A DNA stretch of 64,000 bases from a bacterium. GTDB lineage: Bacteria; Bacteroidota; Ignavibacteria; UBA10030. Location of the stretch: the NCBI GenBank assembly GCA_043803945.1, contig JAZDJN010000027.1:36383-100382 (forward strand), given 5' to 3'. The notes under the pieces are model-generated. The model was not told the origin of the DNA. It saw only the letters and a list, made by a program, of their open reading frames with translations, and searched no databases. Made by a program: the position numbers and the translations under genes. Positions 9,694-18,523 of the stretch are shown piece after piece (positions within the stretch are counted from its first letter, which is position 1; each line of letters starts with the position of its first letter).

Positions 9694-11685
9694 ATGCCAG
9701 TGGGATCAAAACGATTTCAACTCCCAAAATTATTAATGCGCCTCACTGCGCCTCCCAGAAACGCGGTAGAGAAGTGGTTTTATCATGGAGGAAAAGTTGA
9801 TGCAAAATCCCGAAAGAGCGAAACGCATCCTTGGTACAGAGTACTCTGGCTCACCGGTGTTGATTATTTTTCTACGTTAGGATACCAACCGGGAATTGCC
9901 CTCCTTGCTGCAGGAGCTCTTTCTCCTTTGGCAACGGCTCTTTTAGTAATTGTCACCTTGTTTGGTGCGTTGCCAGCCTATCTGCAGGTAGCACAACGTT
10001 CGTATGCCGGTCAGGGATCCATCGCGATGCTGGAGAATCTGCTTCATGGATGGAAGGGTAAAATCTTCGTTCTGATTCTCCTGGGATTTGCCAGTACAGA
10101 TTTCGTTATTACGATCACACTCTCTTCTGCTGATGCAGTCCAGCATCTCCTCGAGAATCCACTTATCGGTCCCTTCTTTGGCGATGCACGCCTGACATTA
10201 ACAAATATCATGCTGGCAATCCTTGCCGGTGTATTCTTAATGGGCTTTACTGAGGCAATCAGAATTGCTGTTTTTGTTACAATACCATACCTGGCATTAA
10301 ATGCCATTGTCATACTCCGGTGCATCGTTGAGATCATCCAGCGACCGGAACTATTCACCAATTGGTCAGCAATGCTCTCGCTTCACGGTGATCCAATCAT
10401 GATCGTTCTGGTCTGTGCCTTGATTTTTCCGAAGCTCGCTTTGGGACTTAGCGGTTTTGAAACCGGTGTCGCAGTTATGCCGCTCGTATCCTCAGGAGGG
10501 GGTGTCTCCCGGGGTCAGATACCATTCGTCAGAATCGCTGCAACAAAAAAGCTACTTACCACGGCCGCTCTGATCATGAGCGTATTTCTTATCTCTTCAA
10601 GTTTTGTAACGACCCTGCTTATTTCGGAAAAAGAATTCGCCCTCGGAGGAATAGCAAGTGGAAGGGCATTGGCATTTCTGAGTCATACCTATCTTGGACA
10701 TACTTTTGGAACGTTGTACGATATTTCCACGATCGCGATTCTCTGGTTTGCGGGTGCCTCAGCAATGGCGGGCTTACTCAACGTGATTCCCCGATATCTG
10801 CCGCGGTTTGGTATGGCGCCGCGATGGGTAGCCTACACCCGGCCCCTGGTTATTGTGATCTTTATTGTAAGCCTTATCGTGACAAAAATCTTCAATGCGA
10901 GTGTCGAAGCTCAAGGTGGAGCATATGCCACTGGAGTTCTTGTTCTGATGCTTTCTGCAGCGGTCGCCGTTGCTCTCGAGCTGAAGCGTGAAGCGATGGA
11001 TAAAGCAGAGTATCTTCTGGGAAGAATTAAAAAAGTTCTCTTAAGCGGATATTTTTGGGTTATTACGTTGATTTTCACATTCACACTTATTGATAATATT
11101 TTCGTTCGCCCGGATGGAGTGATCATTGCAAGCCTGTTTATTATTTCGATTATTGCACTGGGTGCATTGAGCCGCTACATCCGACAGACAGAATTACGCG
11201 TGGAAAGTATGTCGCTTGTGGATGAGGAGTCACTAGCCTTGTGGCAAAAAATTAAAGGGAAGAAGGTTAATCTTGCACCGTTAAAAGATGAGAATCAGGA
11301 CTCTATAGTCAAAAAGCAGAGTGAAATTAGCAGACATTACAAAGTTCAGGGTCCGATAGCATTCGTTCATGTCCATCTTCTCGATAACCGCAGCGAATTT
11401 CTGACTCCGTTGCAATTGAAAATTCGTAGGCGAGGAAAACATTACATGATTAATATCTTTGGCGCTGTAGCTGTCGCGAATAGTCTCGCCTATCTGAGCG
11501 AACAGATGGATCCAAAAACCATCTTCATTGGTCTCACAGGGCAGAACCTCATGACTCAATCACTAAACTATTTTATTTGGGGAGAAGGCGAGGTGGGACT
11601 TTCGGTGTACACCATTCTTGTTCGATATTGGGAATGGATCGGTGAAGAAAATGAACGGCCGCTAATTTTCTTAATGAGTGAATGA
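9694..11685 (+). CDS. APC-superfamily transporter with C-terminal soluble domain
   Basis: LTGVDYFSTLGYQPG, LALGLSGFETGV, AQGGAYATGVL; about 12 TM segments plus a cytoplasmic tail. Confidence 0.85.
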   Translation: MPVGSKRFQLPKLLMRLTAPPRNAVEKWFYHGGKVDAKSRKSETHPWYRVLWLTGVDYFSTLGYQPGIALLAAGALSPLATALLVIVTLFGALPAYLQVAQRSYAGQGSIAMLENLLHGWKGKIFVLILLGFASTDFVITITLSSADAVQHLLENPLIGPFFGDARLTLTNIMLAILAGVFLMGFTEAIRIAVFVTIPYLALNAIVILRCIVEIIQRPELFTNWSAMLSLHGDPIMIVLVCALIFPKLALGLSGFETGVAVMPLVSSGGGVSRGQIPFVRIAATKKLLTTAALIMSVFLISSSFVTTLLISEKEFALGGIASGRALAFLSHTYLGHTFGTLYDISTIAILWFAGASAMAGLLNVIPRYLPRFGMAPRWVAYTRPLVIVIFIVSLIVTKIFNASVEAQGGAYATGVLVLMLSAAVAVALELKREAMDKAEYLLGRIKKVLLSGYFWVITLIFTFTLIDNIFVRPDGVIIASLFIISIIALGALSRYIRQTELRVESMSLVDEESLALWQKIKGKKVNLAPLKDENQDSIVKKQSEISRHYKVQGPIAFVHVHLLDNRSEFLTPLQLKIRRRGKHYMINIFGAVAVANSLAYLSEQMDPKTIFIGLTGQNLMTQSLNYFIWGEGEVGLSVYTILVRYWEWIGEENERPLIFLMSE

Positions 11686-11699
11686 AAAGGATGTGAGAC

Positions 11700-11834
11700 A
11701 TGCATGATATAGCACCAATAATTCTTTTTGTCGGCTGCCTGGTGTTTCTTGCACATTTTTTTGTCCTTGCGTTTGAACGAACCCGTGTGCCCGACGTGCT
11801 ATAACTTATCATGATTGGCCTATTTATAGTATAG
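11700..11834 (+). pseudogene. N-terminal remnant of a cation:proton antiporter (CPA1/NhaP-like)
   Basis: Hand translation MHDIAPIILFVGCLVFLAHFFVLAFERTRVPDVL*LIMIGLFIV* matches the TM1-RxPxVL-TM2 start of CPA antiporters; internal TAA at 11802-11804. Confidence 0.6.
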
Positions 11835-12086
11835 TGGGGATGCGGATGATTGTCGGATAACGAAGCGGTTCAACCGTGAACCTGCTGCATTACTGTTTCG
11901 ATATGGGTTTCGCTGCGCACTGAGCAAATAGAAGGTAAACAATTAAAAATTCTCCAATTAGCTTGGTAGAGGCATAGGAATATCATTTATGCCACATGAC
12001 CATCGAGCTAATTCAATTGTCCATCGACTCTTCTTTAATATTTTACTAACTTTGCTTTGGAAAAGAAGCATAGAATCGGGTGTGAA

Positions 12087-12800
12087 ATGATTCTTCCAAA
12101 TTTCATTCTCAAAAGCGTAATTATTCTCATCCTGCATGTTGCCATCGCCGCACGGGCCGGACAGGAACAGTATCTTCGCGAACGCACTATGATGGTACAA
12201 ACTCAAATTGTGGAGCGCGGTGTTCGCGATACCTCCGTCCTGCGGGCTCTTCGAACTGTCCCGCGTCATCTGTTTGTTCCGGCTGAACAGCAGCAGAATG
12301 CATATCAGGATTCTCCTCTTCCCATCGGATATAACCAGACCATCTCCCAGCCCTACATTGTCGCATTGATGACTGAACTCATCAAGCCGCAACCATATTT
12401 CCGTGTGCTGGAAGTTGGAACCGGATCCGGTTACCAGGCTGCAGTTCTTGCCGCACTTGTCGATAGTGTCTTTAGCATTGAACTTCTCCCGGAACTGGCT
12501 ACTTCTGCAGCGACACGATTGAAGCGGCTAAATATTCGTAACGTAGTTGTACGGCAGGGAGATGGCTACCAGGGCTGGCGTGAGCATGCGCCATATGATG
12601 CAATTCTGGTGACAGCAGCGGCTGATGAAGTTCCTGCTGCGCTGATCGACCAGCTCAAGGAAGGGGGCAGAATGATCATTCCGGTTGGATCAGCAGGGTC
12701 GGTTCAGGAGCTTATGCTCATTGAGAAGAAGGGGAAAAAAGTTGTATCGACGTCTATCATACCGGTTCGATTCGTTCCTCTCATCCATCCTCGTAAGTGA
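12087..12800 (+). CDS. pcm: protein-L-isoaspartate O-methyltransferase
   Basis: VPRHLFVP, QTISQPYIVALM, VLEVGTGSGYQAAVL, APYDAILVTAAA, VRFVPL. Confidence 0.96.
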   Translation: MILPNFILKSVIILILHVAIAARAGQEQYLRERTMMVQTQIVERGVRDTSVLRALRTVPRHLFVPAEQQQNAYQDSPLPIGYNQTISQPYIVALMTELIKPQPYFRVLEVGTGSGYQAAVLAALVDSVFSIELLPELATSAATRLKRLNIRNVVVRQGDGYQGWREHAPYDAILVTAAADEVPAALIDQLKEGGRMIIPVGSAGSVQELMLIEKKGKKVVSTSIIPVRFVPLIHPRK

Positions 12801-12845
12801 TTCCTCGCTTAATACCTACTGGTAGGAGTATTAATAACAGGGGAA

Positions 12846-13113
12846 AAAGTGATCCCAAAGTGACTTTGTTTGGGATCTGTAACGCGGAATCAATTTACAC
12901 CGAATAGTAGATCCCCGATAAATACATTCGGGGAACACTAATGAGTTGGGAAACAACAAGCAAAGGAAAGTGATCCCAAAGTGACTCTATTTGGGATCTG
13001 CTAAATGGAAATGAATTGCACCGCATCGTAGATCCCCCACCTTCGCATCGCTACGGTGGGCAGGCCGATAGAAGCATTCGGGAACACTAATGGGTGAGGA
13101 ACCAACAAGTAAA
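12846..13113. repeat. imperfect ~121-bp tandem duplication of REP-like hairpin units between convergent genes
   Basis: GTGATCCCAAAGTGACT..TTTGGGATCTG with hairpin starts at 12851 and 12972; GTAGATCCCC..CATTCGGG(G)AACACTAATG in both copies. Confidence 0.85.
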
Positions 13114-13141
13114 AAGCAGCAAGAAGTAAATTTACTTTTCT

Positions 13142-14506
13142 CTAAAATCTTGGCGGCAGGCTTGCCTTCCATCTCCAATAATAATATGCAGGAATACCGA
13201 GAAGAATAATTCCCAATCCAAAGAGCGCATCACGAGGATCTTCAAACAGAGTGTTTCCAACGAGATAGAGAGAGAAAAGGATGAAGATTATCGGAGTGTA
13301 TGGATATCCCCATGTCGCATACGCTCTCGGAAGCTCTGGCGATCGCTTACGGAGGATCAGCACCGCACCCGCTGCCATCGCATAGAAGATCCACGATGCA
13401 AAAATCACATATGTGAAGAGTTGATCAAATGTACCAGAGAGCACCAACAGGCATGACCAAACGCCCTGCGCGATCAGCGAAGGTATCGGTGTGTGAAATC
13501 TTGGATGCACCGAAGCCATGATCTTTGGAAAAGAATTATCGATACCCATCGCATAATAAATCCGTGCACCGGAAAGGATAAAGCCATTATTGCTGCCAAT
13601 CGTTGCTATCATTACAGTGATGGCTGCAATGGATGCTCCGGCTGATCCGATCAGCTTTGTTGCTGTATCGGCTGCAACCAGGGTTGACTGTCCAATCTTC
13701 TCAAGTGGAAGTACTCTCAGATATGTGATATTCACCAGAGTGTAAATGACAAGAACGATAAGCATCGAAAGAATAATTGAGCGGGGAATATTCTTCTGGG
13801 GATTCTTAACTTCTCCGGCGACGTAGGTGATTTCAATCCAGCCATCATACGACCAGAGCACAGCTACCAGTGCGATGCCGAACGGTCCTAAAAAACTCGA
13901 AAAGGAGAAAGGAATATTCGTAAGTGATAAATCCAGGCTCTGAGCGTTGGTCATAGTAAATCCCAGGACGATGAGGGCAACGATGATGAGCAATTTGAGG
14001 ATCGTGAATCCATTTTGCACGATAGCACCGAGTCTAATCCCGAAGCAATTGATTGTTGTCAGGAGAATGATTGACCAGATGGCGATAATTTTTATTCCCA
14101 TGGCAGAAAGAGGAATGAAATATCCGAGATATGTGGCAAAGCCGACCGCAACTGCAGAGATTGCCGCTGTCAGGATAACCGTGAATGCTGTCCAGCCGTA
14201 GAGAAATGCCGAAAGAGGGCCATATGCTTCGCGCAGGTAAACATATTGACCACCAGCGTTCGGATACATCGCTCCCAGTTCTGCCACCGAAAGAGCTCCG
14301 AACAGGCTTATGATGCCGCCGAAAATCCAGACCAGGATAATTGAGGGGGAGGAGGGAAGGATTAACGCAATGGATGCAGGGACAAGAAAAATTCCCGATC
14401 CGATCATACAGCCAACATTCAGCATGGTTGAATCGAGAAGTGAAAGCTCACGTTTGAGTTCAGGAGTGTCGGCTGATGGAGAAGCTTCCTTCGGTATCAA
14501 ATTCAC
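13142..14506 (-). CDS. amino acid permease (APC/LAT family)
   Basis: LKRELSL, GCMIGSGIF, AELGAMYPNAGGQYVYL, WSYDGW, GEVKNPQKNIPR. Confidence 0.93.
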   Translation of the reverse strand: MNLIPKEASPSADTPELKRELSLLDSTMLNVGCMIGSGIFLVPASIALILPSSPSIILVWIFGGIISLFGALSVAELGAMYPNAGGQYVYLREAYGPLSAFLYGWTAFTVILTAAISAVAVGFATYLGYFIPLSAMGIKIIAIWSIILLTTINCFGIRLGAIVQNGFTILKLLIIVALIVLGFTMTNAQSLDLSLTNIPFSFSSFLGPFGIALVAVLWSYDGWIEITYVAGEVKNPQKNIPRSIILSMLIVLVIYTLVNITYLRVLPLEKIGQSTLVAADTATKLIGSAGASIAAITVMIATIGSNNGFILSGARIYYAMGIDNSFPKIMASVHPRFHTPIPSLIAQGVWSCLLVLSGTFDQLFTYVIFASWIFYAMAAGAVLILRKRSPELPRAYATWGYPYTPIIFILFSLYLVGNTLFEDPRDALFGLGIILLGIPAYYYWRWKASLPPRF

Positions 14507-14725
14507 ACCTTGAGCTGTAATTGTCTGACTGGTAGAATCATTGCAAGGTAAACGAATCGATTGTGAATGTGAGGATAGTTTTTGAGAATAACAATTGTAA
14601 AAGAACTTTTGCTTTGTTCACCATAATCGATTATTTTCAAGAGTAAGTTCCGAAACGGTCAAGCCACAACCGGAGAGGAGAAGATTGTTCCAGTGGCAAG
14701 GTAAGCACAGAAGAAAGATGAGCGT

Positions 14726-15718
14726 ATGACACACTATAAAGAACTCGGATTGGTGAATTCAAAGGAATTATTTCAGAAGGCCGTGAAGGGCGGATACGCG
14801 ATTCCGGCATTCAATTTTAATAACCTTGAACAATTGCAGGCAATCATCGGTGCTTGCGTTGAAACAAAATCTCCCGTTATTCTTCAAGTCTCCAGCGGCG
14901 CCAGAAAGTATGCGAACCAAACGCTTTTAAAACATCTCGCCAAAGGTGCCGTGGATTATGCCGGGGAACTCGGCTATGCCATTCCTATTGTGCTCCACCT
15001 CGACCATGGCGATACTTTGGAGTTGTGTAAATCCTGTGTTGAATCCGGATTCTCCTCGGTGATGATTGATGGTTCTCACCATTCGTATGACAAGAATGTT
15101 GAATTAACGCGCCAAGTTGTTGAGTTCGCACACTCGCACGATGTTACTGTTGAAGGTGAGCTGGGCGTATTGGCAGGTATCGAAGATGAGGTTTCCAGCG
15201 CGGTAACGCATTACACGAAACCGGAAGAGGTAGAAGACTTTGTGAAGAAAACGGGAGTCGACTCGCTGGCCATTTCCATTGGAACCTCGCACGGTGCGAA
15301 CAAGTTCAAACCGGAACAATGCACACGGTCCGAAGACGGAGTGCTTGTCCCGCCGCCGCTCCGGTTCGATATTCTGGAAGAAATTGAAAGGAGGATTCCG
15401 GGATTTCCCATCGTGCTGCATGGTGCATCCTCCGTGCCGAGCGAGTTAGTGAAAATCATCAACAGCAATGGCGGCAAGTTGAAGGATGCAGTTGGTATTC
15501 CGGAGAGCCAACTCAGGAGGGCTGCCGCATCGGCGGTGTGCAAGATCAATATCGATTCAGATGGCCGGCTTGCAATGACAGCAGCGATACGAAAAGTGTT
15601 TGGTGAGAGTCCGGGGGAATTCGATCCGCGAAAATATCTGGGTCCGGCCCGTGATCAACTCAAGGCATTATACAAACACAAAATTGTGAACGTGCTTGGG
15701 AGTGCTGATAGGGCATAA
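14726..15718 (+). CDS. fba: class II fructose-1,6-bisphosphate aldolase
   Basis: YAIPAFNFNN, LHLDHG, SVMIDGS, VEGELG, GTSHG, VLHGAS, KINIDSD, DPRKYL. Confidence 0.97.
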   Translation: MTHYKELGLVNSKELFQKAVKGGYAIPAFNFNNLEQLQAIIGACVETKSPVILQVSSGARKYANQTLLKHLAKGAVDYAGELGYAIPIVLHLDHGDTLELCKSCVESGFSSVMIDGSHHSYDKNVELTRQVVEFAHSHDVTVEGELGVLAGIEDEVSSAVTHYTKPEEVEDFVKKTGVDSLAISIGTSHGANKFKPEQCTRSEDGVLVPPPLRFDILEEIERRIPGFPIVLHGASSVPSELVKIINSNGGKLKDAVGIPESQLRRAAASAVCKINIDSDGRLAMTAAIRKVFGESPGEFDPRKYLGPARDQLKALYKHKIVNVLGSADRA

Positions 15719-15744
15719 CACAGTTCAATGCCGATGTACATTTG

Positions 15745-15772
15745 AAGCCCGTCTATGGACGGGCTTTTTTTT
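15745..15772 (+). terminator. rho-independent terminator after fba
   Basis: AAGCCCGTC-TATG-GACGGGCTT followed by a T-run. Confidence 0.9.
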
Positions 15773-15906
15773 GGGGGGACTGGACTACACAGTCATCAGT
15801 AATTGAATTTATGTGATAAAGTTTTTTACTCATTCGAAGAAGAAAGAGCAACCGCGAAGAATGCCAATAGTCCAAGAATAGAATGAAAGTGTTTTCCTCA
15901 TAATAG

Positions 15907-15937
15907 AAAAAGTCAGGCAATGTGTTACCTGACTTTT
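15907..15937 (-). terminator. terminator-like hairpin directly downstream of the duplicated tRNA-Arg 3' end
   Basis: AAAAGTCAGG-N10-CCTGACTTTT inverted repeat. Confidence 0.65.
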
Positions 15938-15938
15938 A

Positions 15939-15995
15939 GTACGCCCGAAGGGAGTCTCCGCCAGGCGGATGAGCCTCCGGCTCAGAGCCCCTAAC
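15939..15995 (-). repeat. duplicate of tRNA-Arg 3' end (att-like), interrupted by a 28-bp palindromic insert
   Basis: GTACGCCCGAAGGGAGTC (15939-15956) is identical to 16113-16130. After the insert (15957-15984), GAGCCCCTAAC matches GAACCCCTAAC with one mismatch. Confidence 0.85.
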
Positions 15996-16046
15996 ACCCA
16001 TTTTGATTAATGACCGAAATCGTACTAATGCTTAATTCGCGGTAAT

Positions 16047-16075
16047 AAAAATCCCGCCTCCCAGCGGGATCTTTT
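16047..16075 (-). terminator. terminator downstream of the tRNA operon
   Basis: AAAA-ATCCCGC-CTCCCA-GCGGGAT-CTTTT hairpin flanked by A and T runs. Confidence 0.7.
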
Positions 16076-16113
16076 CTTCTCACTTCTCACGTTTTTCTTC
16101 TTACCTTCTTTTG

Positions 16114-16187
16114 TACGCCCGAAGGGAGTCGAACCCCTAACCCTCAGCTCCGTAGGCTGATGCTCTATCCAGTTGAGCTACGGGCGC
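16114..16187 (-). tRNA. tRNA-Arg(ACG)
   Basis: Reverse complement GCGCCCGTAGCTCAACTGGATAGAGCA-TCAGC-CT-ACG-GA-GCTGA-GGGTTAGGGGTTCGACTCCCTTCGGGCGTA; CCA not encoded. Confidence 0.96.
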
Positions 16188-16303
16188 AAAGGAATATGTA
16201 AATGTGGAAATGAGTAAATGAAGGAATTGTAGCATTGAAAAGACGTTTCTCTTAATTCCTCAATTTCCTAATTCCCAAATTTTCACATTCTCACATTTCT
16301 ATG

Positions 16304-16376
16304 TAGCCCTAACGGGATTCGAACCCGTATTTTGGCCTTGAGAGGGCCACGTCCTAAACCCTTAGACGATAGGGCC
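16304..16376 (-). tRNA. tRNA-Glu(CTC)
   Basis: Reverse complement GGCCCTATCGTCTAAGGGTTTAGGACG-TGGCC-CT-CTC-AA-GGCCA-AAATACGGGTTCGAATCCCGTTAGGGCTA. Confidence 0.96.
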
Positions 16377-16483
16377 AAGGTAAATAAGTGAATGTGAAAA
16401 TGTGGAATTGAAAAACAGTTTCTTTCAATTTCTCAATGCCATATTCTACATTCTCATATTCCCCCATTCTCATATTTCCATTG

Positions 16484-16556
16484 CTGCCCCGCTAGGGCTC
16501 GAACCTAGACTCTTCTGATCCAGAGTCAGACGTGTTGCCAGTTACACCACGGGGCA
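16484..16556 (-). tRNA. tRNA-Gln(CTG)
   Basis: Reverse complement TGCCCCGTGGTGTAACTGGCAACACG-TCTGA-CT-CTG-GA-TCAGA-AGAGTCTAGGTTCGAGCCCTAGCGGGGCAG. Confidence 0.96.
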
Positions 16557-16853
16557 ATTAAAAATCAGTACTTTCGTAAGGGAAAAACCTATTCTTGATA
16601 AAATACATGTTACAGAATAGTAGCAGATTGTATAGGTTTGTATCTGCCGGTACTGATTTATGGCGCACAAATGTAGCAAGGAATTTCAAAACTATCAAGA
16701 AGATATATTTTGATAGATTCATTCCAAATAAAAAGAAGCTAAGTGTAAGATTCCAGATATGTATTCTTGTTGGTGTGAGGATGTTATGATAGAATCACAA
16801 ATAAAGAAGCGCGTATTCTTAAAAATATATCAAATAGAAAATATTCGATTGAT

Positions 16854-17930
16854 ATGGATGTTTTTACCATGATGCGCGGCCTCCCGATGGATTTCTCATC
16901 TGACGAAAAAAGCTACTCCATCGGAGATCAGTATATGTTCGGTCCCTCGATCATGGTTTGCCCTGTAACCGAGTACATGTACCATCGCCCGCCGGAGTCA
17001 AGCGAACTGGTGCAACGCGATGTTTTCAAAACTAACGACGGTAAGCCCGGGCTCCTGGCAAGATATTTCAAAGACGCCGACCGACGAATGTTGACACGAG
17101 AACAGATCGATCCCAACATCGACATCATATGGTATACAGGTCGCCCGGACTATGTCACGGACTCGGCTTATGCGATCCGCTGGGAAGGAAAGCTCATACC
17201 GAAGGAGAACGGGAATCATCAATTTCATTTGTTGTGCTATGATAAAAAACGTCTATTGCTGAATGGGGATACGCTTCGTATGGTGTACACCAGCGTCGAG
17301 CAGTACACTGAACTTGTGAAGTTGGAGAGAGGAAAAGAATATCCTTTTGTACTTGAAACAGAGAATAGGTCAACCGGAGCTGCACGAATGCGCCTGTTCT
17401 GGAAGACACCGTCGATATTCGCGAGAGAGCAAGAGAAGAAGAATAAAGAAAAAACGAGAACAGTCTATCTTCCCGCTTCTCACCTTTGGTACGATTTCTG
17501 GACAGGTGCTCCTTTTAAGGGAGGGCAGACGATCAAGGCTGATGCACCGATTGAGAAGATTCCTCTCTTCATAAAAGCCGGGTCAATCATCCCGATGGGA
17601 CCTTTTCTCCAGTACACCACGGAGAAACCTGCCGATCCTCTCGAATTGCGTATCTATCCCGGAGAACATGGTCGGTTCACCCTCTATGAGGATGAAAACG
17701 ACAACTACAACTACGAGAAGGGAGTGTATGCGACGATCGAATTCTCCTGGGACAATGAGCGACGGCAACTCGTCATCGGTGACCGCCAAGGAGAGTTCCC
17801 GGGCATGGTGCGTGAGCGCATCATCAAGGTAGTCCTCGTCTCAAAAGACCGCGGGACTGGTATCGAGATCTCAGATCGATTCGATGCAGTCGTTACCTAT
17901 CGTGGTACAGAAATCGTTTTGAAGTTCTGA
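16854..17930 (+). pseudogene. C-terminal fragment of a GH31 glycosidase (alpha-xylosidase-like) with PA14 insert and DUF5110-like end; catalytic barrel missing
   Basis: Begins at TMMRGLPMDF..DQYMFGPSIMVCPV, which follows the barrel in GH31. Has YAIRWEGKL (PA14), WYDFWTG, APIEKIPLFIKAGSIIP, FTLYEDE. No catalytic motif; upstream DNA is AT-rich with stops. Confidence 0.8.
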
Positions 17931-18043
17931 ATAGTTGAAGATCTTTATAAAGGAGGAGTTCATTACGAGCAGTTGTTTTTGTGGGACGAGCAAGAATTCA
18001 ATACAAGCCTACCGCGACACGCTTTAAGTCGGGATCCTATGTA

Positions 18044-18074
18044 CCCGCTGAAGCCCCGAAGGGTTGAAGGTGGG
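18044..18074 (-). repeat. small palindromic repeat element
   Basis: Reverse complement CCCACCTTCAACCCTTCGGGGCTTCAGCGGG resembles the insert at 13036-13064. Confidence 0.55.
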
Positions 18075-18400
18075 CCCCATCACAATAGAGGCCGTTTCTG
18101 AAAAGACTCGACCTCTTTCTTTTCATGACCCCGACTTGTACCTGCATTTTGAAGATGGAGCAAACAATAAGACTTCTTTACAGAGCTAAAGAAAGCACGA
18201 TGTATCACGCTTGATTGGTTTGATGCGGATAGGACAATAATCTGATATGGAGTGGCCAACGGAGGAATCAATAAACAACAGATGATCTAATGAACACCAG
18301 AGTATCTGCAGACATCGGAAGGTGTGGGGAATGTAGAGACAGTAGAAATCTGATGGGTCGTGCTTTGATGATTAAAGAGGTGAGAATGAGCGGAGAGGTC

Positions 18401-18428
18401 TTGACATTTGAATAATTGGTAGTAATCT
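18401..18428 (+). promoter_or_regulatory. candidate sigma70-type promoter for the GH5-GH2-CE2 operon
   Basis: TTGACA-N16-TAATCT about 95 bp upstream of ATG 18524. Confidence 0.4.
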
Positions 18429-18523
18429 TCCTTATAACAGTCTGGAATTCTTTGAGCTGCAACGTTGAGCGGTTATACTGTGATGGACAATCGAGCTATA
18501 ATTCTCTAAAGCGAGGATTGTGT

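Noticed and set aside
12846-13113. CRISPR array
   Set aside because: Only two long diverged units whose spacer-like parts are homologous to each other; no cas genes.
17975-18005. Possible tRNA 3' fragment (GTGGGACGAGCAAGAATTCAA) as a second att site
   Set aside because: No TTCGA T-loop match and no identity to the three tRNAs in the window.
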